This document shows, in pieces, positions 18,960 through 27,064 of a stretch of 63,892 nucleotides of DNA; position 1 is the first letter of the stretch; each line of letters starts with the position of its first letter. This stretch comes from an uncultured virus (IMG/VR IMGVR_UViG_3300047552_000880) (Duplodnaviria > Heunggongvirae > Uroviricota > Caudoviricetes). Made by a program: the position numbers and the translations under genes. Location: positions 62,001 through 125,892 of IMG/VR virus record IMGVR_UViG_3300047552_000880; one strand, 5' to 3'. The notes under the pieces are model-generated. The model saw nothing but the letters and a program-made list of their open reading frames with translations. It was not told the DNA's origin and did not search any database.

Positions 18960-20737
18960 TGAAATTCATTACAGAAACATTCAATGATCCACTGAGTCTC
19001 TTGCTTGAAGCCGATGAGACTGGTAAGAAATTCTTACATATTCAAGGACCATTTGCTGTTGCGGAACAGAAGAATAAGAACGGTCGTATCTATCCAAAGC
19101 ACGTTATGGAAAGTGCGGTAGACAGATATACCAACGATTATATTTCTCCTAGAAAAGCATTGGGGGAAATGAACCACCCTTGTTTCAAACCCGGAGCGAA
19201 GGTTTTTGTTTACAAAAAAGGTCTTATTAACATAGAAGATGTTAGTAAGGGAGATTATGTATATGGCACGACAAAGGAAGGTATTAGTAAACTTTCCCTA
19301 GTCATCGACACGACAGAAACGCTGTTTTCAGGGGAATTGTATAATTTTGATTCTAGAGCGTTTAAAGCAACAGTCACTCCATATCATAGATTCTATTTGA
19401 AAAATAGAAATGGCGAGTTCTCGGTTGTCACCGCAAATGACATTTTATCCGATTTTGAATCTGGTAGTAGAAAGTTATCGCATTCTTATATCCCAAGAAC
19501 ACTTGAAAATTGGCAGGGAGACGAAGAAGAATATATCGAATTATTTCCAACAAGAGAAAGAAAAAATACTTATAATAAATCTTCTCTTGTGATGAAATTT
19601 AAAGATTTCTGTGCTTTCATGGGTATATATCTTTCAGAGGGTAATATAGATTATTACACGAGGAAGGACGATTCGAGAACTTATGGTGAAATAACAATTA
19701 CACAAAATATAGGAACGAACCTCGATCTAATAATAGATTTGGTTTCTAAACTTGGTGTAGATTCTACGAATATTAGATTGAAAAGAAACGGAAAAAGTAC
19801 GGGGGTCGTAATTTCTGACAATCGTTTAGCCGATTATCTTTCTCAGTTCGGAGACTGTTATACAAAATTTGTACCAGATATAATACTGAACGCATCAAAG
19901 GAAAATATTAAAGAATTTCTTGATTGGTATCAGTTAGGCGATGGTTCCAGTGTAACTATAAACCAAAAAGGAAAAGATTACACCAGAAATGATGTATTCA
20001 CAGTTTCCGAAAAACTAGCAGACGGTCTAATCGAATGTATTATAAAATTGGGGTTTAGTACAACAAAGAGAGTACAACTTTCAAATGAAGATTATATGTT
20101 TGCCGGTAGAATTATAAAATGCGAGTCAAAATCTCCTTTGTTTAGAATGACCATTGGTAAAGGCGTTGGAAAATATGTTGACGAAAGATTTACTAAAATA
20201 AATAAAGAACAATATACAGGAAATGTATACTGTCTTGTAACAGAGACAGACAATTTTATGGTTGAACAAAACGGAACTGTATTTCTTAGTGGTAATTGCA
20301 GACTTAACATTGATTACGAAAGAGCCACACATCTTATCACAGAAATGAAACAGGATGGTAATGTGTGGATCGGTAAAGCTAAAGTTCTCAAGACCCCTAT
20401 GGGTAAGGTTCTTGAAGGATTGTTGGAATCTGGTGTTGCTGTAGGTGTTTCTACTCGCGGTGCCGGTTCTATCACAGAGTCGAATGGCGCTAAAATGGTA
20501 GGAGATGATTTTTTCATGACTTCCGTTGATGTTGTTTCAGACCCATCTGGTCCCGGATGTGTTGTTAATTCTATCATGGAAGGCAGAGAATTCGATCTAG
20601 ATGGGTTCGGCAATGCAATAGTCGAAGATTTAGCTGCAATCGCAAAAAAAGAATATGACAAAAAGCGATTGACAGAGCAAAGAAAAGTTGAATTGTTTAA
20701 CCAATTCATTAAAAGTGTCCAAATTGGGCGCAAATAA
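18959..20737 (+). CDS. gp21: Prohead protease gp21, intein-containing
   Basis: KNKNGRIYP, ALGEMNHP | intein | CRLNID...TPMGK...GVSTRGAGS...DVVSDPS. Confidence 0.95.
   Translation: MKFITETFNDPLSLLLEADETGKKFLHIQGPFAVAEQKNKNGRIYPKHVMESAVDRYTNDYISPRKALGEMNHPCFKPGAKVFVYKKGLINIEDVSKGDYVYGTTKEGISKLSLVIDTTETLFSGELYNFDSRAFKATVTPYHRFYLKNRNGEFSVVTANDILSDFESGSRKLSHSYIPRTLENWQGDEEEYIELFPTRERKNTYNKSSLVMKFKDFCAFMGIYLSEGNIDYYTRKDDSRTYGEITITQNIGTNLDLIIDLVSKLGVDSTNIRLKRNGKSTGVVISDNRLADYLSQFGDCYTKFVPDIILNASKENIKEFLDWYQLGDGSSVTINQKGKDYTRNDVFTVSEKLADGLIECIIKLGFSTTKRVQLSNEDYMFAGRIIKCESKSPLFRMTIGKGVGKYVDERFTKINKEQYTGNVYCLVTETDNFMVEQNGTVFLSGNCRLNIDYERATHLITEMKQDGNVWIGKAKVLKTPMGKVLEGLLESGVAVGVSTRGAGSITESNGAKMVGDDFFMTSVDVVSDPSGPGCVVNSIMEGREFDLDGFGNAIVEDLAAIAKKEYDKKRLTEQRKVELFNQFIKSVQIGRK
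19181..20296 (+). mobile_element. Intein (372 aa) with LAGLIDADG endonuclease in gp21
   Basis: Starts CFKPGAKV, block B VTPYHRF, FMGIYLSEG and LDWYQLGDG motifs, ends YTGNVYCL...VFLSGN followed by +1 Cys. Confidence 0.93.
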
Positions 20738-20758
20738 TTGATGCAATTCGTGAATTAA

Positions 20759-20765
20759 ATAAATA
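20759..20765 (+). promoter_or_regulatory. Late promoter (ATAAATA) for gp22
   Basis: Intergenic ATAAATA upstream of the ggag RBS. Confidence 0.55.
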
Positions 20766-20791
20766 ATTAAAAACCAATTTTGGAGTTCTAT

Positions 20792-21658
20792 ATGACATTG
20801 GAAGAACGTATTAAACAGATGCTGGAAGAAGCAAACAAGACTGTGGCAGAAGAAACCACAACCATTGTTGCTGAAACCACTACAACCACAGAAACTGTCG
20901 AACAACCTACAGAGAATATTGTTGAGAACAAAGACAACAAAGTAAGTTCACAGGTTTCTGCTCTGCTTGAAGCAGAAGGGTTGAGCGAAGATTTTAAACT
21001 TCAGGCTGTTACTATTTTTGAAGCCGCTGTTGCTGATCGCACCATGCAAATTCAAGAACAGTTGCAAGAAGAATTTGAAACAAAACTGCAAGAAGCGCAA
21101 GCTGAATTGGCAGATCATATTGATGGATATTTGACTGAAATTGCTCAGGAATGGGCAGCTAATAATGAAGTAGCTATTCGTGCTAACTTCAAGACAAAAC
21201 TGGCAGAAAGTTTTATTGATGGCTTGCAGGCTCTCCTGTCTGAGCATAACATTGATTTGCCAGAAGATCAAGAAAACGCACTCGAATTGGCGCTGGAGCA
21301 AGTTACTGAATTGGAAGATGCAGTTGCTGCTGAAAAGGCTAAACAAACTTCTTTGCAAGAAGAAATCAATGCGCTCAAGGCTACTGCTATCATGGAATCC
21401 TTCAAGGACAAAATGGCAGCAACAGAATTTGATCGCTTTAAGCAACTGACAGAATCTGTCAAATTCACTAACGAAACTCAATACGCAAAACAACTGAATA
21501 TCGTATTGGAAAACTTTGGTAAGCTGGCAAAAGAATTCACAAAAGAGACAACTCAAATTGTGGAAGACGTTCAAGAAGTCGCAACAACTAAAATTGTGAC
21601 TGAATCGAACGATTCCGTGAATTTTTACGCTGATTTTATCAAATCAAGCCGAATCTAA
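20792..21658 (+). CDS. gp22: Prohead core scaffold gp22
   Basis: LSEDFKLQAVTIFEAAV and LAESFIDGL motifs; acidic coiled coil between gp21 and gp23. Confidence 0.92.
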   Translation: MTLEERIKQMLEEANKTVAEETTTIVAETTTTTETVEQPTENIVENKDNKVSSQVSALLEAEGLSEDFKLQAVTIFEAAVADRTMQIQEQLQEEFETKLQEAQAELADHIDGYLTEIAQEWAANNEVAIRANFKTKLAESFIDGLQALLSEHNIDLPEDQENALELALEQVTELEDAVAAEKAKQTSLQEEINALKATAIMESFKDKMAATEFDRFKQLTESVKFTNETQYAKQLNIVLENFGKLAKEFTKETTQIVEDVQEVATTKIVTESNDSVNFYADFIKSSRI

Positions 21659-21675
21659 ACGAGATTATCATTTCA

Positions 21676-21682
21676 ATAAATA
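21676..21682 (+). promoter_or_regulatory. Late promoter (ATAAATA) for gp23
   Basis: Intergenic ATAAATA 46 nt upstream of the capsid ATG with taagga RBS. Confidence 0.6.
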
Positions 21683-21727
21683 ATTTCGTATTACGATAAT
21701 TTCTCAATATCCATTAAGGAATAAAAA

Positions 21728-23029
21728 ATGAAAACTGTACAACAACTCTTGGAAAAATGGGCACCCGTTCTGGATGCAGAAGGCGTTCCTACCATTGCTA
21801 ACCGTCATCGTCGCGAAGTGACTGCTGTTCTGTTGGAAAACACAGAAAACGACATGAGCGAGCGTCGTCAACTGAACGAAGCTGCTCCTGTTACTCAAAC
21901 TCAAGGCTATCCTACCGATGGTTCCGGTTTGGCTAAATTCGATCCAGTGTTGATCAGCATGGTTCGCCGTTCTGCTCCACAGATGATTGCTTATGACGTT
22001 TGCGGCGTTCAGCCACTGCGTCAACCTACTGGTCTGGTGTTTGCTCTGCAAGCTCGTTATGGCAACCAATCTGGTGCCGAAGCTCTGTTCGGTGAAGCTA
22101 ACTCCGGTTTCGGCGGCACTGGTACTCATGCTGGCACTGATCCTACTGCTGACTTCGTTGACCAAGACGCAGGTACTGCTGGCGACCAATTCGGTACAGT
22201 GACAACTGGCACCGGTATGTCAACAGCAACTGCTGAAAGTTTGGGCGGTGGTGTTAATGCTTTCGGTGAAATGTCTTTCACTGTTGCTCAGATGACCGTT
22301 TCTGCTAAGAGCCGTGCTCTGCGTGCTGGTTACTCTGTTGAATTCGCTCAGGATATCAAGAACCTGCATGGTCTGGATGCTGATGCTGAGTTGTCTAGCA
22401 TTCTGTCAACAGAATTGCTGGCAGAAGTGAACCGCGAAGTTCTGCGTACAATCTACTCTGGCGCTAAAGTTGGTGCTCAAGACGCTACCAAAGCTGGTGT
22501 GTTTGACCTGTTGACTGACAGCGATGGTCGTTGGTTGGCAGAGCGTCACAAAGGTCTGTTGTTCCAGATCGAGCGTGAAGCTAACCGTATTGCTCAGACA
22601 ACTCGTTTGGGTAAAGGTAACATCCTGATTTGTTCTTCTGACGTTGCTTCTGCTTTGGCTCTGGCTGGTGTGTTGGATTATGCTCCTGCTCTGGATGCAG
22701 CTAACAGCATCAACGTTGATGAGTCTAGCGCAACTTTCGCTGGTGTTCTGAACAAGAAGATCAAAGTATATGTTGACCCATATGCTGGCGCTGCTGGTAC
22801 ACAAAACCAATTCTTCTGCGTTGGTTACAAAGGTGACAGCGCATGGAAAGCCGGTTTGTTCTATTGCCCATATGTTCCTCTGCAACTGGTTCGTACAACT
22901 GATCCAGCTACAATGACCCCAACAATGGCTTACCGGATGCGGTACGGTATCGCCCGTCACCCTCTGTTCCAAGGTGCCGGTCGTACCAATGAGTTCTATC
23001 GCATTGCGGCAGTTCGTAACGTTTTGTAA
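21728..23029 (+). CDS. gp23: Major capsid protein gp23
   Basis: LLEKWAPVL, FDPVLISMVRR, CGVQP, AKSRALRA, EVNREV and FYCPYVPL motifs. Confidence 0.98.
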   Translation: MKTVQQLLEKWAPVLDAEGVPTIANRHRREVTAVLLENTENDMSERRQLNEAAPVTQTQGYPTDGSGLAKFDPVLISMVRRSAPQMIAYDVCGVQPLRQPTGLVFALQARYGNQSGAEALFGEANSGFGGTGTHAGTDPTADFVDQDAGTAGDQFGTVTTGTGMSTATAESLGGGVNAFGEMSFTVAQMTVSAKSRALRAGYSVEFAQDIKNLHGLDADAELSSILSTELLAEVNREVLRTIYSGAKVGAQDATKAGVFDLLTDSDGRWLAERHKGLLFQIEREANRIAQTTRLGKGNILICSSDVASALALAGVLDYAPALDAANSINVDESSATFAGVLNKKIKVYVDPYAGAAGTQNQFFCVGYKGDSAWKAGLFYCPYVPLQLVRTTDPATMTPTMAYRMRYGIARHPLFQGAGRTNEFYRIAAVRNVL

Positions 23030-23044
23030 AATACAAAACTTAAC

Positions 23045-23069
23045 AAAAGGGCACTTCGGTGCCCTTTTT
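23045..23069. terminator. Bidirectional rho-independent terminator
   Basis: aaaagggcac-TTCG-gtgccctttt(t) between convergent gp23 and the endonuclease gene. Confidence 0.9.
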
Positions 23070-24709
23070 CATTTCTTTATCCCATAAACTTTGTTTCCGA
23101 AGTCATAAATCTTTGAATACCCCAATTGTACCATAATATCTTCTGTTTTCATTGAAGAAAATTCAGGGTATTTTTCAATAAGTTTCCAGCGCTGAAACGT
23201 CATTCTGGAGTAACGCTTGCCGCCCTTATACCAACTGAACCCTTGCTCTGTTTGTTTTAGTTCAGTGAACCCCATATTTTCATATAGTTTTCCTGTTCCC
23301 CACCGAAGATCACAATAAGAAATAATAGAGTCTGGTTTAGCGGATGACATAAAATGTTTTAGCAGTTTAGATGCACCGCCGATAACATTCGTATCGTTCA
23401 ATGAGCAAAATCGGAGCAATTCATACTGGTACTCTTTATTGAATCTAGACAAACCAAATGTCATTACAGCAACGAGTTCACCTGAATGTATTAGACCATA
23501 TCTATGTTTTGATTGACACCAGCCCTGTATGTGATTTGTTTCAATAAATTCTCTACACTCAGTTTCTGTTAATTCAATGACAGAACATTTTCTTGCATGA
23601 ATCTTTTTTTCTGTGATACCAAATATAGAACGAAGTCTTGAATAAACAATGTCTTCATTTTCGTCATCAAAGATTTTAATCAATCTGATACCAATTGAAT
23701 CGCACATAACTTTCTTGTGGTAATCGTCTTTATCTCGATGGAAGTAAAGACCATCATATTCAATCGCAATATTTTTCTCTGGAACAACTATATCCAACTC
23801 ATATGGAGCAATAAGTGTTCTGTCGTTTACCAAACAATTGAAACCGGCGTTCTGTAACATATCAACGATTCTTTTCTGTGGAACCGATCTGATGTTGCAT
23901 TTAGGACAGAATAATTCTTTTTTACTGAGAATGCTAGCCGAAAATTCAGTTGAACAGCAATTACATTTCCAGTTATATTTCTGATATCGAATATCCGATT
24001 CAATATACTTTTCAACTGTATCAAGACATTTTATGTTGCATGTAGTTTCAAGTAATGAAACCTTTTCTTTAAACCAAGGTATCGCAACATTCTGGTTATA
24101 GGTATCATTCAGTTTTCTTGACCCGAGCCTTTGTTGACGAATATTGTCTCTGTATTCTAAATTTGCATCTTTACAATCAACTGAACAGAAATCAGCAATA
24201 CTTTTACCATAAGGAGTTTGACTGACATTGTGAACAGGAATGATATCACCACACTCTTTACATTTCCGAATCAATTCGGAGCCATATTTTTCTATCTGAA
24301 GTAATGTCTTGATATCATTGAAATCGTGTTTCTCTTTAAGAGAGTCAACCGTTGCTTTTGACAGAAACTTATCTACCTTGCTCCATGAAAGATTACCATT
24401 CTGATCATATAGAATAGAAAAATCTTCCAATATCGGTAAAGAAGAATCTTTTGTAGCAGAATACTCGTATTTACATTTCAATGAACAAGTTGATCCAAAA
24501 GACCCTTTCTTGAAATTGAGTCGGTCGAATACATCACCACATACCTTACATGTAGGAATCTCACCATGAATAACACCGGCTATCAGAGTCATTGCAGATA
24601 GCCCCTTGCGAACACCAAGGTAGGATTCAACCATTTCTCTATCTTCTGAAAAGGAAGATAACACATTGCTATTCAAGCCGCCCTGTTTGTTCAAATACTT
24701 TTCTAACAT
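23069..24709 (-). CDS. Free-standing Hef-like homing endonuclease (Zn fingers, PD-(D/E)xK/Vsr-like domain, C-terminal domain)
   Basis: Several CxxC pairs, YELDIVVPEKNIAIEYDGLYFH, IHARKC, NHIQG and YELLRFC motifs; the only long minus-strand ORF. Start may be 24709 or 24733. Confidence 0.8.
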   Translation of the reverse strand: MLEKYLNKQGGLNSNVLSSFSEDREMVESYLGVRKGLSAMTLIAGVIHGEIPTCKVCGDVFDRLNFKKGSFGSTCSLKCKYEYSATKDSSLPILEDFSILYDQNGNLSWSKVDKFLSKATVDSLKEKHDFNDIKTLLQIEKYGSELIRKCKECGDIIPVHNVSQTPYGKSIADFCSVDCKDANLEYRDNIRQQRLGSRKLNDTYNQNVAIPWFKEKVSLLETTCNIKCLDTVEKYIESDIRYQKYNWKCNCCSTEFSASILSKKELFCPKCNIRSVPQKRIVDMLQNAGFNCLVNDRTLIAPYELDIVVPEKNIAIEYDGLYFHRDKDDYHKKVMCDSIGIRLIKIFDDENEDIVYSRLRSIFGITEKKIHARKCSVIELTETECREFIETNHIQGWCQSKHRYGLIHSGELVAVMTFGLSRFNKEYQYELLRFCSLNDTNVIGGASKLLKHFMSSAKPDSIISYCDLRWGTGKLYENMGFTELKQTEQGFSWYKGGKRYSRMTFQRWKLIEKYPEFSSMKTEDIMVQLGYSKIYDFGNKVYGIKK

Positions 24710-24714
24710 AAATA
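24708..24714 (+). promoter_or_regulatory. Late promoter (ATAAATA) upstream of the gp3 unit
   Basis: ATAAATA overlapping the likely start codon of the opposite-strand endonuclease. Confidence 0.45.
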
Positions 24715-24741
24715 CCCCAACAAAATAATTCATAGTATATC

Positions 24742-24945
24742 ATGGAATCAAGAACACATCAATTGGATAACACAAAACTCTCGGGTAACATCTTTGAAAG
24801 CATTCTAGCTGCTTCTCATGATTGCTATATGAGTCGAAGAAGGGAAAACAGAAACATAGAACTCGGGGCAGATGCACCAAGAGGAAAAGAATCTGCTTTC
24901 ATTGGTGGCTGTGTAACGAGTCTTCTGAAGGTACAAAATGGCTGA
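24742..24945 (+). CDS. Small hypothetical protein
   Basis: 67 aa ORF overlapping the gp3 start; no recognisable motif. Confidence 0.3.
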   Translation: MESRTHQLDNTKLSGNIFESILAASHDCYMSRRRENRNIELGADAPRGKESAFIGGCVTSLLKVQNG

Positions 24946-25420
24946 TGCTGGTTTTAACCATCTACAGACAAATGCATTCACGTTTACTTTACAGAGGATG
25001 CAAGCAACTACCTTTAGAATAACTTCAGCCGAGGTGCCATCAATTACTGTTCCTCCACCAAGTACAGGAACACAGGGAGCAACACAATATCATCCCGGTA
25101 GTTTCACTGAGTTTGATGAATTGTCTCTGAGATTTATTGTTGATGAAGACCTTCAGAATTACGAAGAAATATATCATTGGATAACACAACAGAGATATGC
25201 TATTGGCACTGCATATCAGCCAAAGTCAGATGCAGAGAAATTATTAGTGAGTGATGGGTTTCTAACGACTCTGACTAATAAGAGCAATCCAAATAGAACA
25301 ATCTATTTTAAGGATATGTTTCCTATTGCATTAGGTAGTCTTGCATTCAATGTTCAAGAGACACCAGAACCATTGACATGTTGGGTAACATTTAGATTCA
25401 GTTACTTTGAGTTGAGGTGA
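24938..25420 (+). CDS. gp3: Tail completion protein gp3
   Basis: FDELSLRFIVDEDLQNYEEIYHWI, FKDMFPIAL and VTFRFSYF motifs. Confidence 0.9.
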   Translation: MADAGFNHLQTNAFTFTLQRMQATTFRITSAEVPSITVPPPSTGTQGATQYHPGSFTEFDELSLRFIVDEDLQNYEEIYHWITQQRYAIGTAYQPKSDAEKLLVSDGFLTTLTNKSNPNRTIYFKDMFPIALGSLAFNVQETPEPLTCWVTFRFSYFELR

Positions 25421-25465
25421 TCATCATTACAGGTACTCTGTACTCATAAGGATTCATTAGACTCT

Positions 25466-26270
25466 GTTTGGGTAAACCAAACCATAGTGTGCTCCGCACA
25501 TCGCTACGCGATCATCCTTTATTTTTCTTTTTTCTTTTCGCGACTCCCTCCGGTCATACAGCGGTTGAGAAAAACAAAGTTACCCCGTTTCCGGGGGTAA
25601 GACGATGTTTCTCCCAACCACCGTATGATTTAAATCAGCATAGCTGATCATACATCGGCGTCGAATGAACTTAGTTTGATTTACAACCCCATTCCTATCT
25701 CAGAATGTTTAGGTAGCGCGGTGATTAAACGCTTTACGTAGTTACCTCTATCACTGTGGGTACTGACAAGAAATCAAACGTCTTCCGGGTTACTCAGTGT
25801 TCTACAGAACAAAATTCACTCCGGTTGTCAATACCGTGGCACGCCCGCAGGTGCCTCTGCCCACCCTATTTCAGATCATAGTGAGCTTACCCTACTCTTT
25901 CTTTCACCACCCGTTATCTACGATAAACTGAATTCGTGTTTTTCGGGAGGAACCATATCCTCTTGTGGTCTACTCGATTAGATGTAGTCAATCCATTTAG
26001 CTATGTGGTCAACCCATAGCCTAAGTCATCAATGCTTCGTTACGCTGCCATTGACACCAGCTACAGACAGTTTAAGGAGTAGATTGCGGCTCCATCAACA
26101 GAACAGTAGTTTTAAGTGGTACTCGTCACTGATAAATAAAATGCAGTTTAGTGAGTATGCGGCTCAACAGATGGTACAGCAGAACAGTAGTTTTAAGTGG
26201 TACTCGTCACTAACTTGGATATTTATGTTTTCGATGAACTGGTATTTTAACGTGGTACTCGGCACGAACA
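25466..26270 (-). ncRNA. Candidate large structured non-coding RNA, family unassigned; boundaries approximate
   Basis: No credible ORF; many helices whose mismatches become G-U pairs only on the minus strand; GAAA-capped long hairpin; minus-strand promoters at the right end. Confidence 0.6.
26099..26266. repeat. 32-bp exact direct repeat x2 plus a degenerate third copy
   Basis: cagaacagtagttttaagtggtactcgtcact at 26099-26130 and 26180-26211; gaactggtattttaacgtggtactcggcacg at 26236-26266. Confidence 0.9.
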
Positions 26271-26286
26271 GATGCTATTTATCAAC

Positions 26287-26314
26287 ACTATAACACAGAA
26301 AACGTTTGAGTCAA
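26287..26314 (-). promoter_or_regulatory. Sigma70-like promoter pointing into the non-coding region
   Basis: Minus strand TTGACT-16 nt-TATAGT with a TG extension. Confidence 0.55.
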
Positions 26315-26349
26315 CACATTGGTTGACACATTTTGAAAATAAATTATTT

Positions 26350-26790
26350 ATGCTTGATCATGAACAGCTTTTGACCGAATGGGAAACCGATTGTAAGGTT
26401 CCCTCTGATGCTCTGTTAGAGCGCATGTACAGACACCCCATCCTTCATAGCAAGTATCTTGGCTACCTACAGTCTTATAAGATCAGTAGTCGTAAGGTCA
26501 CACTTCGCTATCAGAAACTCCGGCTCCTGAAGACCCGTTACTATAACGGAGAACTGTCAGAAGAAGAACTAATTGAGAACAATCTTAAACAGTACCTGTA
26601 TAAGCGACCTTTGAAGTCGGAAATGGAATCTCTACTGGATGCCGATGCTGATCTTCAGAAACTTCAGGAACAGATTCTGTATATCGAGACTTTGATTCAG
26701 AGTACCGAGGCTATCATGAAAGAGTTGACTAACCAACACTATCTGTTCAAAAATATCATTGAACAGACCAAATATCTTACAGGGAATTGA
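26350..26790 (+). CDS. uvsY: Recombination mediator UvsY
   Basis: EWETDC, PILHSKYL, RYYNGE, LKSEMESLLDAD and KNIIE motifs; upstream of uvsW. Confidence 0.88.
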   Translation: MLDHEQLLTEWETDCKVPSDALLERMYRHPILHSKYLGYLQSYKISSRKVTLRYQKLRLLKTRYYNGELSEEELIENNLKQYLYKRPLKSEMESLLDADADLQKLQEQILYIETLIQSTEAIMKELTNQHYLFKNIIEQTKYLTGN

Positions 26791-26791
26791 A

Positions 26792-27064
26792 ATGTTTAGA
26801 GGCGCAGTAACACTTGACAAAAATACTGTTATCAATTTTTTGAACTCACATGGAGTCGATCTTGTTCAATGGGTAGCGGATAAACTGGATAACCCAAAGA
26901 TCGTTTACATGCACAGTAACATTTTTGTGGTCGGCGAATCAACAGAATTTTCTGTTGCCAAATCTAGTATGGAATCTTACCCTCTTTACTCACTGAGATT
27001 TTTTGGTGTTGATTTACTTGACTACGCTTTTGAGGAACTGAGATTTCAATCAGTGGTTCTATGA
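26792..27064 (+). CDS. Hypothetical protein
   Basis: Fills the uvsY-uvsW gap with an ATGA overlap. Confidence 0.5.
   Translation: MFRGAVTLDKNTVINFLNSHGVDLVQWVADKLDNPKIVYMHSNIFVVGESTEFSVAKSSMESYPLYSLRFFGVDLLDYAFEELRFQSVVL

Noticed and set aside
26099..26266. CRISPR mini-array
   Set aside because: Only two exact copies and one degenerate copy, with uneven periods (81 and 54 nt). The intervening sequences resemble each other instead of being unique spacers, and no cas genes are in the window.
26003..26293. 96-aa ORF with duplicated QQNSSFKWYSSL
   Set aside because: The duplication just reflects the 81-nt repeat period. There is no clear RBS, and the sequence is better explained by minus-strand structure.
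25421..26349. Group I/II intron, tmRNA or RNase P RNA
   Set aside because: The flanking genes are intact. I found no complete domain V, P7 core, tRNA-like ends with tag ORF, or RNase P P4 signature by eye; a covariance search is still needed.
26272..26349. Extended N-terminus of UvsY as given in the ORF track
   Set aside because: UvsY similarity begins at MLDHEQ (26350), and the extension overlaps promoter elements.
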